Source of the DNA: a virus
Lineage: Duplodnaviria > Caudoviricetes
Reading direction: 5' to 3' (one strand)
Virus record (IMG/VR): IMGVR_UViG_3300044983_000280
Coordinates: 1 to 39,923 of that record
Length of the DNA stretch: 39,923 nt
Both the position numbers and the translations under genes were made by a program. This document shows positions 1 to 9,180 of this stretch, one piece after another. Numbering within the stretch: the first letter of the stretch is position 1; every line of letters begins with the position of its first letter. The notes under the pieces are model-generated. The model searched no databases. It was not told where the DNA came from and worked only from the letters and a program-made list of their open reading frames with translations.

Positions 1-127
1 AATCTTTGACGAAATCTATGTTTGCATGGACGATGACGAGGAAGGCCGGGCAGCAGCAGCCGTGATCATCGAGCGATTGGGCAAACACCGATGTCGAAAC
101 GTCAAATTGCCATACAAGGACGCCAAT
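1..127. repeat. Direct terminal repeat, left copy (circular assembly overlap)
   Basis: Bases 1-127 are identical to 39797-39923. 127 is a common assembler k-mer length, and the repeat lies inside a CDS. Confidence 0.97.
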
Positions 128-1069
128 GAATGCCTCAAGAATGGCGTGACACGCGATCAAATGATTGCTTGTTTTGATAGCGCGGTGATCATCGACCCGA
201 AACAGTTGCAAAGGATTCGAGCATATGAAAATGACACTATCCGGGTTCTGTTGCCTGACCCGACTGCCTTTTTGGGTTATACAACGCCGTGGGAAAAGCA
301 TCACCGCCGTTTATTTTTGCGCCCAGACGAGTTGTCGTTGTGGACAGGGATTAATGGCCACGGGAAAAGTCAGATTTTGGGGCACGTCCTCTTGGATTGC
401 ATCAGCCAGGGTGCCAAGGTGTGCATTGCGTCATTGGAAATCAAACCGCACCGGTTACTTGGCCGGATGGTTCGCCAAGCTGCCGGGATGCGGGAACCGT
501 CACGCGAGTACATCAAATCAATATTCGATCATTACTACAATGCGATTTGGATATTCGAATGCGTTGGCACCACTGACCCCAAGACCTTGATCGAGGTGTT
601 CAAACACGGTCGTCAACGGTACGGGATCGATGTTTTTGTGATCGATTCCCTTATGAAATGTGGCTTTGCAGAGGATGATTACAACGGCCAAAAGAAATTT
701 ATCGACCAACTTTGTGCCTTCAAAAATGACTACAATTGTCACGTGCATTTGGTCGTTCACCCAAGGAAGCCAGCAGATGAATCGAATGTGCCGGGTAAAC
801 TGGACATGAAAGGATCGGGCGCGGTAAGTGATTTGGCTGACAATTGTTTCACGGTCTGGCGTAACAAGAAGAAAGAGGATTTAATATCTCGATTGATGGC
901 TGACGGGCAGTGCGTCCCGGATGAACTGGCATCTTCCCATGACTGCCTTTTGCGTTGCGACAAACAGCGTAACGGAGAATGGGAAGGACAAATCCCGTTG
1001 TGGTTCGATCGGGAATCGTTACAATATCTTGGATGGTCAAAAGAACGACCCAAGCAGATGGTGAAATAG
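1..1069 (+). CDS. Primase-helicase (Toprim + SF4/DnaB-like, T7 gp4/Twinkle-type), C-terminal part
   Basis: Toprim motifs DDDEEGR and YKDANE, Walker A TGINGHGKS, SLE, Walker B FVIDSL, LVVHPRK, KGSGAVSDLAD, KQRNG. In frame with the ORF starting at 39063, giving about 600 aa in total. Confidence 0.93.
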   Translation, partial: IFDEIYVCMDDDEEGRAAAAVIIERLGKHRCRNVKLPYKDANECLKNGVTRDQMIACFDSAVIIDPKQLQRIRAYENDTIRVLLPDPTAFLGYTTPWEKHHRRLFLRPDELSLWTGINGHGKSQILGHVLLDCISQGAKVCIASLEIKPHRLLGRMVRQAAGMREPSREYIKSIFDHYYNAIWIFECVGTTDPKTLIEVFKHGRQRYGIDVFVIDSLMKCGFAEDDYNGQKKFIDQLCAFKNDYNCHVHLVVHPRKPADESNVPGKLDMKGSGAVSDLADNCFTVWRNKKKEDLISRLMADGQCVPDELASSHDCLLRCDKQRNGEWEGQIPLWFDRESLQYLGWSKERPKQMVK

Positions 1070-1072
1070 GGA

Positions 1073-1103
1073 TTGATTATATTTGTGTAATGACATATGA
1101 TAT
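1073..1103 (+). promoter_or_regulatory. Sigma70-like promoter containing a TGTAATGACA operator
   Basis: TTGATT (1073-1078), 17 bp, TATGAT (1096-1101). The 19-mer 1085-1103 recurs inverted at 12543-12561. Confidence 0.75.
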
Positions 1104-1124
1104 ACAAAACAAGAGGTAAATCAT

Positions 1125-1352
1125 ATGTCATACAAGCCAACGTGCCAAAAACACGTATTTTACAAACAAGTATTTCAATTGCGATTGGACGAGGAAATGC
1201 ACAAACGGCTTCAGTTCATTTCCAAAGAACGTAGGGTGTCGATGTCCGAGTATATGCGCGGGTTACTCAACGAACACATGGAAAAAGACGCCGAAGCCGT
1301 CGCAATTCTGACCAAGTTAGTCAAAGAAGGGGAAGCGAGTGAAGAAGTTTGA
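1125..1352 (+). CDS. Ribbon-helix-helix (Arc/CopG-like) DNA-binding protein
   Basis: FQLRLDEEMHKRLQFISKERRVSMSEYMRGLL fits the RHH pattern. GAGG RBS. Confidence 0.8.
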   Translation: MSYKPTCQKHVFYKQVFQLRLDEEMHKRLQFISKERRVSMSEYMRGLLNEHMEKDAEAVAILTKLVKEGEASEEV

Positions 1353-1614
1353 CGAAATGACCGAACACGAAAAGATGCAGAAAGTGTTTAGTCATGCCCA
1401 AGCGTATGCCCAGGGTGCAATCGATAACGCGATGAATTTTGCCCAGGGTGATCGCGAGGTTTTAGAACAAATGTCCGCGTGGATTGAGTTCAACGAACAG
1501 ATGTGCCGGTACACTATCGAGCGCATGGACAGTGAATTTGACCGGGACCTATTGGGCAATTACGGCATCCATGTTTATTCCGAAAGAGCGAGACACAACA
1601 ACAGCCCCAGATAA
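1339..1614 (+). CDS. Hypothetical protein
   Basis: 91-aa ORF coupled to the upstream gene, purine-rich RBS. Confidence 0.7.
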   Translation: MKKFDEMTEHEKMQKVFSHAQAYAQGAIDNAMNFAQGDREVLEQMSAWIEFNEQMCRYTIERMDSEFDRDLLGNYGIHVYSERARHNNSPR

Positions 1615-1620
1615 CCCAAA

Positions 1621-2004
1621 TCAGGAACGTTTATGGCGTTTGGATACATTGCGATTGTCGTTCTCTTTGTGTTCAATGTCTGGCTCATTTGGGATCGGAT
1701 CCGTAAACTGCCGTGAGCGCGTATGATGACGATGGGTCAAATCCACCTGCACGTTTACACCTACGTTTTCATCGTTTGAAGACGATAGGTTATCATCGTC
1801 ATGATGGGGTCGATGCTCTAGGATATTTTGTACGACTACGGGCGTTGTATCTTTGGCAATTGCGATTGCACCTGATAACAGAACTACCCCCACCCCCACC
1901 AATGGTGGCATGAATATACCCCCAATACAAAAACCCACCCCACTAACTATACAGGCCCAGAATGCCGCATCTTTTTTTTGTTCGGCGGTTAAATTAATTT
2001 TCAT
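1621..2004 (-). CDS. Membrane protein with a hydrophobic hairpin and a hydrophilic His/Asp tail
   Basis: GGGGGA RBS before MKINL. Two adjacent hydrophobic segments. Confidence 0.65.
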   Translation of the reverse strand: MKINLTAEQKKDAAFWACIVSGVGFCIGGIFMPPLVGVGVVLLSGAIAIAKDTTPVVVQNILEHRPHHDDDNLSSSNDENVGVNVQVDLTHRHHTRSRQFTDPIPNEPDIEHKENDNRNVSKRHKRS

Positions 2005-2270
2005 TATCATATCCCCCGGTTTGCTGATTGGCGATCTTAGTATAGATTGAAAGAGACCATCCGATTTTGGTTTGCTCCTAATCCCACGATTGGGTGGTTC
2101 CGATTTGCTTAAAGGCATGATACGATTCAAATGTCACCGCCTTCGTGTATCTCCATGATACCGTTTTCCCAAGCGTTACGAGGGCGTTGATACCATCGTG
2201 TATATCAACGTTTTATTCTGTTTTTACCTGTGATAAACTCCCCCCTGCTTGGGAATAAATGGAGTTAATC

Positions 2271-2537
2271 ATGGAAAAAAAAGAAGTTTTGTCGTTCAAT
2301 CGGCATATATCACGCATCTACAGCTTAGTTATTTTGAATGTCGCCATTTTTATTATGGCTTTGACGTTAAATTACTACTGCCTTAATAACAATATCTTCC
2401 TTTACATCGGCCTCGCTCTCAATTTTATTGCCCTCATTTTGTTCAAGCCTTGGGCAATGATGCGTGACGTCCGAGAATTGTACGCAAGCCAAAGGATGTT
2501 AGAAGAGTTTCTTAAAACAAAAGAGGTGGTTAAATGA
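2271..2537 (+). CDS. Two-TM membrane protein
   Basis: GGAG RBS, two hydrophobic stretches, overlaps the next gene. Confidence 0.7.
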   Translation: MEKKEVLSFNRHISRIYSLVILNVAIFIMALTLNYYCLNNNIFLYIGLALNFIALILFKPWAMMRDVRELYASQRMLEEFLKTKEVVK

Positions 2538-3424
2538 AAAGTTTTTTGGGGTGGATGAACGAAAAGCCCAAAACATCATCAAGCCTAATGGATCACGTCC
2601 TTGACGGGCCAAAGAATCGCGCCGAGGCCGAAAGGAAGTTGAAAGAACAGGGGATCGAAAAACCAACGTTTGACCCAAAAGATCGTATGAAATGTGCCCC
2701 CACGTGGCACAGCGTGATGGATGCAGTAGACCGAGGTGTTGCCCAAGCGGAAGCCATGGGCGACGCGATAGGGCGCAGTAACGGTGAAACCGCAGCCGAC
2801 GCCGGTTTCTTTGGGATCGCATACGGCACGGCGCAATTCGTCAAAGACAGTTGGAACATACAAAGTTGTATGGATAACCAAGATTCCGAATATCAAAAGA
2901 AGCTGGCCGAATACAACCAAGAAGCCAGTAGGTTAATGCCAAAAATCCCCCTTTCTGACCGATTGCCGAAGTCTGAAATGGAGATACAGGCCAAAGAATA
3001 TTGGACGAAGCACTGGGAATATCAACGCCAGCACGATGAATGGAAAGCCAAGTGGGATTTGTACCACAAAATTCATTCTAAGTACTATGGATTCCATGAT
3101 GGGTATCACTTTGGTTGGACAATACCAGAACACATTAAACAAGCCATTGCCGAAAACAATCAACGTTATTATGAATTGATTACTGCCGATACGAGTTTTC
3201 TTTCCAAAATGTACATGTTGCCACGTGAATATGCGGAATACCTTGAATGGCGAAATAATCAATTCATACCGGACGACGGTCTTAGGTACAAGGATGTTGA
3301 ACAATACAGCTTTCAAGAAATCGATCAGCGAGTTCATGCCAGGAACACCACCCGGCAAGAGCAAGCCATGATTCTTGATACTCTCGAACAACATTTAGAA
3401 CGTACAAAACCGAGGTTTAAATAA
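2534..3424 (+). CDS. Hypothetical protein (296 aa, helical, Gly/Ala segment)
   Basis: Long ORF with GAGG RBS, coupled to both neighbours. Confidence 0.8.
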   Translation: MKSFLGWMNEKPKTSSSLMDHVLDGPKNRAEAERKLKEQGIEKPTFDPKDRMKCAPTWHSVMDAVDRGVAQAEAMGDAIGRSNGETAADAGFFGIAYGTAQFVKDSWNIQSCMDNQDSEYQKKLAEYNQEASRLMPKIPLSDRLPKSEMEIQAKEYWTKHWEYQRQHDEWKAKWDLYHKIHSKYYGFHDGYHFGWTIPEHIKQAIAENNQRYYELITADTSFLSKMYMLPREYAEYLEWRNNQFIPDDGLRYKDVEQYSFQEIDQRVHARNTTRQEQAMILDTLEQHLERTKPRFK

Positions 3425-3999
3425 TGCCACGCAATACACCAGACGAAGAAGAATTAAAAACGACTGCCGAAGACGAAGAAGCAGCCCGCCGTTTAGTCGA
3501 TGGAAGCATGACCCCCGAACAGCAAGAGAAATATTACGCAAAGGTCTTGGAAGAAGAAAGGGAAGTTGTGCGCCAGCGCGTCAAGCAAATCAAACAAAAT
3601 GAGTTACGCGAAAAAGCCAAAGAACAGGTGCGTGCCGAAATAAAAAAGGGTGAAATCCCCCCAAAACCCCCGCAGGCATGGGGTGAATACTTCCAGGAAA
3701 ACGCCAGTTATGCGTTTAACAAAGTTCATAATTTTGCAGTGGTTTATATCACGGCAGAGAATGCAACGTATGGTGTCGGCGCTCTTGCGGTTGGCGGTAT
3801 GGCGGTAACCAAGAAAGGCGCAGCAGCAGCAGCAGCGATTAAAACCGGTGTCGTGGCTGCCGTCGTTGCAAATCCCGTGGTAGCAGTCGGTGGGGCGATG
3901 TTAATAGGATTCGGCGCATACAAATATAAACACCGGAACGATCCCGTACCCGTAATGGCCACAGTTCCAGCAAATACCCCAAGACCCCACGCAATGTAA
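3424..3999 (+). CDS. Coiled-coil protein with a C-terminal Gly/Ala hydrophobic hairpin
   Basis: Charged N-terminal half, then GVGALAVGGMAV...VVAVGGAMLIGFGAY. Confidence 0.8.
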   Translation: MPRNTPDEEELKTTAEDEEAARRLVDGSMTPEQQEKYYAKVLEEEREVVRQRVKQIKQNELREKAKEQVRAEIKKGEIPPKPPQAWGEYFQENASYAFNKVHNFAVVYITAENATYGVGALAVGGMAVTKKGAAAAAAIKTGVVAAVVANPVVAVGGAMLIGFGAYKYKHRNDPVPVMATVPANTPRPHAM

Positions 4000-4027
4000 T
4001 GACAACGCCCACACATTTTGATATAAT
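3995..4027 (+). promoter_or_regulatory. Promoter whose -35 overlaps TGTAATGACA
   Basis: ATGACA (3999-4004), 17 bp, TATAAT (4022-4027). Confidence 0.6.
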
Positions 4028-4033
4028 CAGACC

Positions 4034-4240
4034 ATGAACATGGAAAAATGTGTGGGCAATATGAATAACACCGAATACGAACGATTGTTGGCGCGTATCA
4101 ATAACCAACAGGCACATATAACCGCGATACACGAGACATTGCACGCACTCAACCGTACAAGCCGTATGCAATCAACCGCATTGTTGGTATTGGCTATCGC
4201 GGTGGCGGTTATGAGTTTTTCAAAATATTTTTATGGTTGA
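4034..4240 (+). CDS. Small coiled-coil protein with a C-terminal TM segment
   Basis: Ends ALLVLAIAVAVMSF. The true start may be the ATG at 4061. Confidence 0.6.
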   Translation: MNMEKCVGNMNNTEYERLLARINNQQAHITAIHETLHALNRTSRMQSTALLVLAIAVAVMSFSKYFYG

Positions 4241-4266
4241 CATCCCCGTAAATTGGGTGGTACTAT
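4237..4266 (+). promoter_or_regulatory. Putative ssb promoter
   Basis: TTGACA, 18 bp, TACTAT. Confidence 0.55.
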
Positions 4267-4372
4267 TCGGTTAGCTTGATAATTAAAAGAATATGCACCA
4301 ATTTAAAACAAGGGATGTTAACGGGTGGCCTCTATACGGGGCCAAATTTGCACCAAGGAAAGGGAAACAAAA

Positions 4373-4804
4373 ATGGCCAATGGAGTCAATAAAGTAATCA
4401 TTGTCGGCAATATGGGCGCTGACCCAGAATTAAAACATTTCACTAATGGGAGTTCAATAACCACAATTCGCGTGGCGACCTCTGAATCGTGGAAAGATAA
4501 AACCACAGGCGAGAAACAAGAGCGCACAGAATGGCACCGGATCGTATTTCACGCAAAACTTGCGGAGATTGCAGCCCAGTATCTCCGCAAAGGCTCCAAG
4601 GTATATGTCGAGGGCAGTATCAAAACCCAGAAGTGGAAAGACAAAGACAGCGGTCAAGACAGATACATGACCGAGATTGTCGCCCAGAATCTCCAAATGC
4701 TGGACGGTAAAACCGATTCTGAAAAACCAGTAGCAAATCAGGAACAAACAAGATCATCATCACCAAAGGCGTCAGATAATGATGATGATGAATTGCCATT
4801 CTGA
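4373..4804 (+). CDS. ssb: Single-stranded DNA-binding protein
   Basis: [35 protein letters not shown] and the acidic tail DDDELPF. Confidence 0.97.
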   Translation: MANGVNKVIIVGNMGADPELKHFTNGSSITTIRVATSESWKDKTTGEKQERTEWHRIVFHAKLAEIAAQYLRKGSKVYVEGSIKTQKWKDKDSGQDRYMTEIVAQNLQMLDGKTDSEKPVANQEQTRSSSPKASDNDDDELPF

Positions 4805-5001
4805 TCATGATGTGCCACACTAAATATGTCGTGGCTAGTCCCCACGGCATACTCCTTAGTTAGGTTAGTGATGATACGTTCCTGCAATGCCTAAACGCCG
4901 GTTGGTGTGCCCACTTCCCGGCGTTGACGGTTCAATCATCAAATAAATCGAACCCAATCCAAATATACGCGCAGATTAACCACATTGGGATATACATTTT
5001 G

Positions 5002-5469
5002 TTACCCCCCGTACTTCATCATGTCATCACAATAACCGGGTGTAAGGTCAATATCCCCCAGTTTGCGCCGTATTTCTTGGCGAACCGTGTAGCCCGATCC
5101 GTTGTGCATTTTCCAATCATCGATTGATTCGGCGTGTTGTGCCGTATCCCAGTAATGGCGAACGAATTCAAAAGCCTTGGTGTAAACTTCTTCACTTATC
5201 GTACGATCTGCAAACACATATTTTGATTGCGGAATGTCTCCGCGCGAGTTCGAATTGTGGTAAAGGTCTTCCATTCCATCAAAATGACCATACTGGTATT
5301 TCCGGATAACTGAATTTACTGCATCATATGTTGGGCCATCAACCCATTTTGCGGTTACCGAATCCCCGCCACTGTATCCGTGGGACGTCACGGAGAATTT
5401 AACCCCGGGGAATAACTGCTTTAACTCTTTGCGTATCATTTGTGCTGCTCTTGCGTGTTCGCTTTTCAT
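5002..5469 (-). CDS. LPD29-like (large polyvalent protein-associated) domain protein
   Basis: AAQMIRKELKQLFPGVKFSV...W.DGPT...GHFDGMED pattern. Confidence 0.75.
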   Translation of the reverse strand: MKSEHARAAQMIRKELKQLFPGVKFSVTSHGYSGGDSVTAKWVDGPTYDAVNSVIRKYQYGHFDGMEDLYHNSNSRGDIPQSKYVFADRTISEEVYTKAFEFVRHYWDTAQHAESIDDWKMHNGSGYTVRQEIRRKLGDIDLTPGYCDDMMKYGG

Positions 5470-5501
5470 TGTTCGTTTCCTTTGTTATTTATTTTACTGG
5501 C

Positions 5502-5741
5502 TTATCTTCTGTTGTTTATAATAATTTCTACTACATTTTCGCGATCTACCGTGTCACCCTCGAACGGTGTTTTTGCTTCTAACAGATATTGTGCAAGAGC
5601 TTCCAATACCTCAACTTGCGTGGCGTTCATGCTGTAAAGCCCTTTTGGGCCATAAAAACTAAGCATGTAATGTACAAATGTCGTTATTTCTTTGTTCGTG
5701 TGTCGGCGTTGCGATAATTTTACTGCCATTTCGTTGTTCAT
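5502..5741 (-). CDS. Hypothetical phage protein
   Basis: GAGG RBS before MNNEM, downstream of a consensus promoter. Confidence 0.7.
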   Translation of the reverse strand: MNNEMAVKLSQRRHTNKEITTFVHYMLSFYGPKGLYSMNATQVEVLEALAQYLLEAKTPFEGDTVDRENVVEIIINNRR

Positions 5742-5783
5742 TTGGTTACCCTCGTTGTTCGTAATTGATGTTTTTATGTTCTT

Positions 5784-5812
5784 ATTGTAATGACATGTCA
5801 ATTACATGTCAA
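5784..5812 (-). promoter_or_regulatory. Near-consensus sigma70 promoter overlapped by TGTAATGACAT
   Basis: Minus strand TTGACA (5812-5807), 17 bp, TACAAT (5789-5784). Confidence 0.75.
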
Positions 5813-5898
5813 TACCTTTGATCAATTATTTTTGCATTGCCCCCACTAACTAAATGACTTATGATGTTGGTATGTACATGGAATGTGGACGATAATAT

Positions 5899-6189
5899 AT
5901 GAATGTAATTACACGCTGCCCACTATGCCGGGGCACTAAAAAGATGGTCGGCATGGGAATGACCGAAAGGGAATGTGAGAGATGTGCCGGCAAAGGTACC
6001 GTTGCGGTCGAAGTCAAACCCGAATTAATCCAAGCACTCAAAGAAGAAGAAAAGATTGTTGAACCAATCAAGGATGATGTGAAACATGAGCGAGAAACCG
6101 AAGCCAAAACGGTCGCCGAAACCAAGCGCAAATACGTTAGAAAAGCCAAAGAAGAAGAAGCGCCCGATGGCGTGTGCAATGTCGCTTGA
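5899..6189 (+). CDS. DnaJ-type zinc-finger protein
   Basis: CPLCRGT...CERCAGKG. Confidence 0.75.
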   Translation: MNVITRCPLCRGTKKMVGMGMTERECERCAGKGTVAVEVKPELIQALKEEEKIVEPIKDDVKHERETEAKTVAETKRKYVRKAKEEEAPDGVCNVA

Positions 6190-6604
6190 TGATGCGACAC
6201 CTAAAGATTTAAAACACGATTGGCGCAACCCAATCTATCGCCCTGAAATGTGCCAGGAAATACAGGAGTGGTACAAAGATGGTGTGTCGGACGCAGAGAT
6301 TTGCGTCAAGTTAGATATATCCCGCGCAACCCTGTATAGATGGGAAAACGAACGCCCTGAATTCGCAAAAGCTCTAGAACACGGACGCAGTGCGTCAATG
6401 GCGCATTGGCAGATATTGGGTCATGACGCGTGCAAGGGTGAGCGCAAAATATCCGAAAAAATTTGGATGTTGAACATGAAGAATCGTTTTAATTGGCGCG
6501 AAAAGGTCGAATTAGAAGATTGCGACCACTTCGGTTTAAATCGTACCGTCAAAGAATTACAGAATTTGATCGCGCTACATAAGAAATTCGAACGGGATTA
6601 CTAG
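6167..6604 (+). CDS. terS: Terminase small subunit (HTH)
   Basis: YRPEMCQEI...AEICVKLDISRATLYRWENERPEFAKAL and MKNRFNWREK. Start uncertain (6086, 6167 or 6179). Confidence 0.75.
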   Translation: MACAMSLDDATPKDLKHDWRNPIYRPEMCQEIQEWYKDGVSDAEICVKLDISRATLYRWENERPEFAKALEHGRSASMAHWQILGHDACKGERKISEKIWMLNMKNRFNWREKVELEDCDHFGLNRTVKELQNLIALHKKFERDY

Positions 6605-6624
6605 AAGTCAGTTATTTAAATATT

Positions 6625-6652
6625 ATATCCGATAATATTCCTTATCAGATAT
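6625..6652. repeat. dif-like 11-6-11 palindrome, copy 1
   Basis: ATATCCGATAA-TATTCC-TTATCAGATAT. Confidence 0.55.
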
Positions 6653-6659
6653 GAGAATG

Positions 6660-6860
6660 TTAATCGAACAACTGAGCTATTCCAAAGTCGTGCAATGTGT
6701 CGTAAAAATCCTCTCTAAGAGATTGCGTTGCGTAATGATCACCTTCTTTACATGCTCTGATTATTCTTTCCCGCCACTCGTAAATAAAGTCATACATTTT
6801 TGCGTGCGCAACAATAACCTGCGCTTCCTTTTCATTAATACCCTTAAATATTATGTCCAT
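6660..6860 (-). CDS. Hypothetical protein
   Basis: 66-aa ORF immediately after rtcB. Confidence 0.7.
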   Translation of the reverse strand: MDIIFKGINEKEAQVIVAHAKMYDFIYEWRERIIRACKEGDHYATQSLREDFYDTLHDFGIAQLFD

Positions 6861-6864
6861 TAAA

Positions 6865-8073
6865 TCACCCCTTAACGCACAACACTTGTTTTAATATATG
6901 AACCACGTCAACCAAATCTCTTTGATTCTCCATCACAACGTCAATGTCTTTGTATGCCCCCGGTATTTCATCTAATACGTGTTCATCCTTACGACATTCC
7001 ACGCCCTTTGTCTGGGCAATCAAATCATCGACGGTAAACTTTTTCTTTGCTTGATTGCGTCCCATCGCACGCCCGGCCCCATGACTGCATGAGTGGTACG
7101 AATCATAATTACCCTTACCGCGCACGATATACGAACGCTGGCCCATCGATCCGGGAATGATACCCAAATCATCCTTGCGTGCCCTGATTGCGCCCTTGCG
7201 TGTGACCCACACATTCTTACCAAAGTGATGTTCACGTTTAACGTAATTGTGATGGCAATTAATGGCTTCATTGATGATATTAAATTGTGCCGGCACATAC
7301 TTTTTTAGAACCATAACAACGTCGCACATCATTGCTTGCCTATTGTGATAGGCGTATTGCTGCGCCCATTCGACGGCGTCAACATAATCACCGTGGTGCG
7401 CGGTTCCATCGGGGAAATATGCAAGGTCTTGATCGGGCAACGTAATAAAAAACCTTTCCATATCTTGTTTGGCCAGTTCAATAAAGTAAGTTCCAATCAT
7501 GTGACCAATGCCCCGACTGCCAGAATGTAACATTACCCAAACATTTTGTGATTCGTCCAAGCATAATTCAACGAAATGATTGCCCCCGCCCAATGTGCCC
7601 ATTTGATGGATTGCCTTGTCCAAACCGTAAGTGATGTGTCGGCCACTCTTCAATATGCCGTGACGCCTCAACATGTCTTCAAGGTCAATCATCATTTGGC
7701 GATATGAGCGAACTGTATTATCGTAACGCGCGTCTTGCATATGTTCTTGCAACACTTCCCGTTCAATCGCTGACCGAATTGCCCCCAAATCATCGGGCAA
7801 ATCAGAGGCAGTCAACGACAATTTAACGGCCAACATGCCACAACCAATATCAACCCCCACGGCTGCCGGTATAATGGCCCTATCTGTGGCTATGACGCTG
7901 CCAATCGTTGCGCCGACCCCCATGTGAACGTCGGGCATTGCAACCACACCGTGGTGATGTATGAACGGCAAGCGGGCAATGTTCTTTAATTGTGATAACG
8001 CACTGTCTTCTATGTTTTTCGTCCATATCTTGATGGGGTGTGCGCCCTCTTCCTTGATTACTTGCTGGTACAT
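6865..8073 (-). CDS. rtcB: RtcB family RNA 2',3'-cyclic phosphate/5'-OH ligase
   Basis: MPDVH, VGVDIGCG, GTLGGGNHF, HSGSRG, HHNY, RKGA, IIPGSMG, SCSHGAGR, DEIPGAYK and the C-terminal KG. Confidence 0.97.
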   Translation of the reverse strand: MYQQVIKEEGAHPIKIWTKNIEDSALSQLKNIARLPFIHHHGVVAMPDVHMGVGATIGSVIATDRAIIPAAVGVDIGCGMLAVKLSLTASDLPDDLGAIRSAIEREVLQEHMQDARYDNTVRSYRQMMIDLEDMLRRHGILKSGRHITYGLDKAIHQMGTLGGGNHFVELCLDESQNVWVMLHSGSRGIGHMIGTYFIELAKQDMERFFITLPDQDLAYFPDGTAHHGDYVDAVEWAQQYAYHNRQAMMCDVVMVLKKYVPAQFNIINEAINCHHNYVKREHHFGKNVWVTRKGAIRARKDDLGIIPGSMGQRSYIVRGKGNYDSYHSCSHGAGRAMGRNQAKKKFTVDDLIAQTKGVECRKDEHVLDEIPGAYKDIDVVMENQRDLVDVVHILKQVLCVKG

Positions 8074-8240
8074 TCTTTTTCCTTTGGTTGGAACTCTTGA
8101 AACAAACCCAATGTTCCGCCCAACTCAACAATTAATGCCGATAACTTCGTCGCTGCTGCCACTCTCTGCATGATTTCGTCACGCCGGTCGGGGTATCTCT
8201 CTAATGCGGTTTGTATGTTCTGTATTTGTTCAGGTGTCAT
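8058..8240 (-). CDS. Hypothetical protein
   Basis: GGAGAGG RBS, overlaps both neighbours. Confidence 0.6.
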   Translation of the reverse strand: MTPEQIQNIQTALERYPDRRDEIMQRVAAATKLSALIVELGGTLGLFQEFQPKEKECTSK

Positions 8241-8496
8241 TGTTCATCCTCTCCAAGGTCTGGCAAATCTCCCCACGTGTTCCAGTAAGGTTACCCGACA
8301 CCGTATACCCGTGGTTAATATAATCGTTTACACGCTCGCTTAATCGCTTGGTGTCTATCTCGCGGAACCAGTTGTTGCGGACTCCAGAACAGACAACCAC
8401 GTAAGGTTTCGAATAGGTTGTTTCGTATGATTCGCCACACCCACAAAGGAAGAGTGCCGGCACAATCATTAATTGTCGTGTCCATTCCATCGACAT
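8230..8496 (-). CDS. Putative lipoprotein with a DUF1737-like domain
   Basis: Lipobox-like LCGC, then LSERVNDYINHGYTVSGNL...ICQTL. Confidence 0.6.
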   Translation of the reverse strand: MSMEWTRQLMIVPALFLCGCGESYETTYSKPYVVVCSGVRNNWFREIDTKRLSERVNDYINHGYTVSGNLTGTRGEICQTLERMNNDT

Positions 8497-8516
8497 ATCC
8501 CTTTTATATGTACGAA

Positions 8517-8669
8517 TTACTGCGGTTTGTCGACATGTTCCCACATTAATTCGTCAAACTTTTCGATAATCTCTTGTATCTCGTCATATCCATCGCTACT
8601 ACAATTGTAACCCTTAAGATACGCGCCAAACTCTGCTATGAATTTCTCTAACGACTGAACTCTGTCCAT
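8517..8669 (-). CDS. Small hypothetical protein (50 aa, not in the ORF track)
   Basis: MDRVQSLEKFIAEFGAYLKGYNC... with GGAGGA upstream. Resembles the YLRGY segment of 9180-9386. Confidence 0.6.
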   Translation of the reverse strand: MDRVQSLEKFIAEFGAYLKGYNCSSDGYDEIQEIIEKFDELMWEHVDKPQ

Positions 8670-8671
8670 AA

Positions 8672-8851
8672 TTAAAACCAATCCTCCAATGCTACCGTGG
8701 GGTCTTCCTGAATAACCTTAAACACTTCACAATCCAAACCCAATTCAAATATTTGGGTGGCCATAACTTCGTTGCCCGATTTCAACATATTGAACAACTC
8801 TTTAATGAATGACGCCATTTGATCGGCCTCGTGGACTGTGTAACTCTTCAT
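8672..8851 (-). CDS. Hypothetical protein
   Basis: MKSYTV start overlaps the upstream stop (ATGA). Confidence 0.65.
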   Translation of the reverse strand: MKSYTVHEADQMASFIKELFNMLKSGNEVMATQIFELGLDCEVFKVIQEDPTVALEDWF

Positions 8852-9117
8852 TCGACCGCCTCGTATGTCTCTGCGAATATATCCGGCTTGCATGGGTAAA
8901 ACTCGCCCTTGATGCCCTTAATCAGCCAGTCACCAACCTCGCAAGTCATGACGCCCTCTAAAGTTTTAACCATCAAATCAAAAAGCATGCCATCCTCGTT
9001 GCAGCAACCATAATAATATTCGTCACCTAGCACAGTTCGCGCGTGTTGACCATCCAATGTTTCGCCGTTCCATTGGGCAGCCTCAATTATTAACGGACGT
9101 TTACGGTATTGTTTCAT
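8848..9117 (-). CDS. Conserved phage protein (PGDYG-like family)
   Basis: YRKRP..IEA.QW, TLEG.M, GDWLIKGIKGEFYPCKPDIF..TY. Confidence 0.85.
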   Translation of the reverse strand: MKQYRKRPLIIEAAQWNGETLDGQHARTVLGDEYYYGCCNEDGMLFDLMVKTLEGVMTCEVGDWLIKGIKGEFYPCKPDIFAETYEAVE

Positions 9118-9123
9118 GTTCTC

Positions 9124-9180
9124 ACCTTATTGTTGACGCCAACAAATTGGTAACCATTTTCCTGACGTCGGGGATATGGT
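9124..9180. repeat. Two tandem 28-bp imperfect palindromes
   Basis: ACCTTATTGTT-GACGCC-AACAAATTGGT and ACCATTTTCCT-GACGTC-GGGGATATGGT. Confidence 0.7.

Noticed and set aside
1-127. 127-bp repeat as a physical terminal repeat
   Set aside because: Its length equals a standard assembler k-mer and it interrupts a CDS. P22-like phages are typically headful packagers.
4620-4850. Minus-strand ORF antisense to ssb
   Set aside because: The SD-to-ATG spacing is 1 nt and the ORF overlaps a well-conserved gene.
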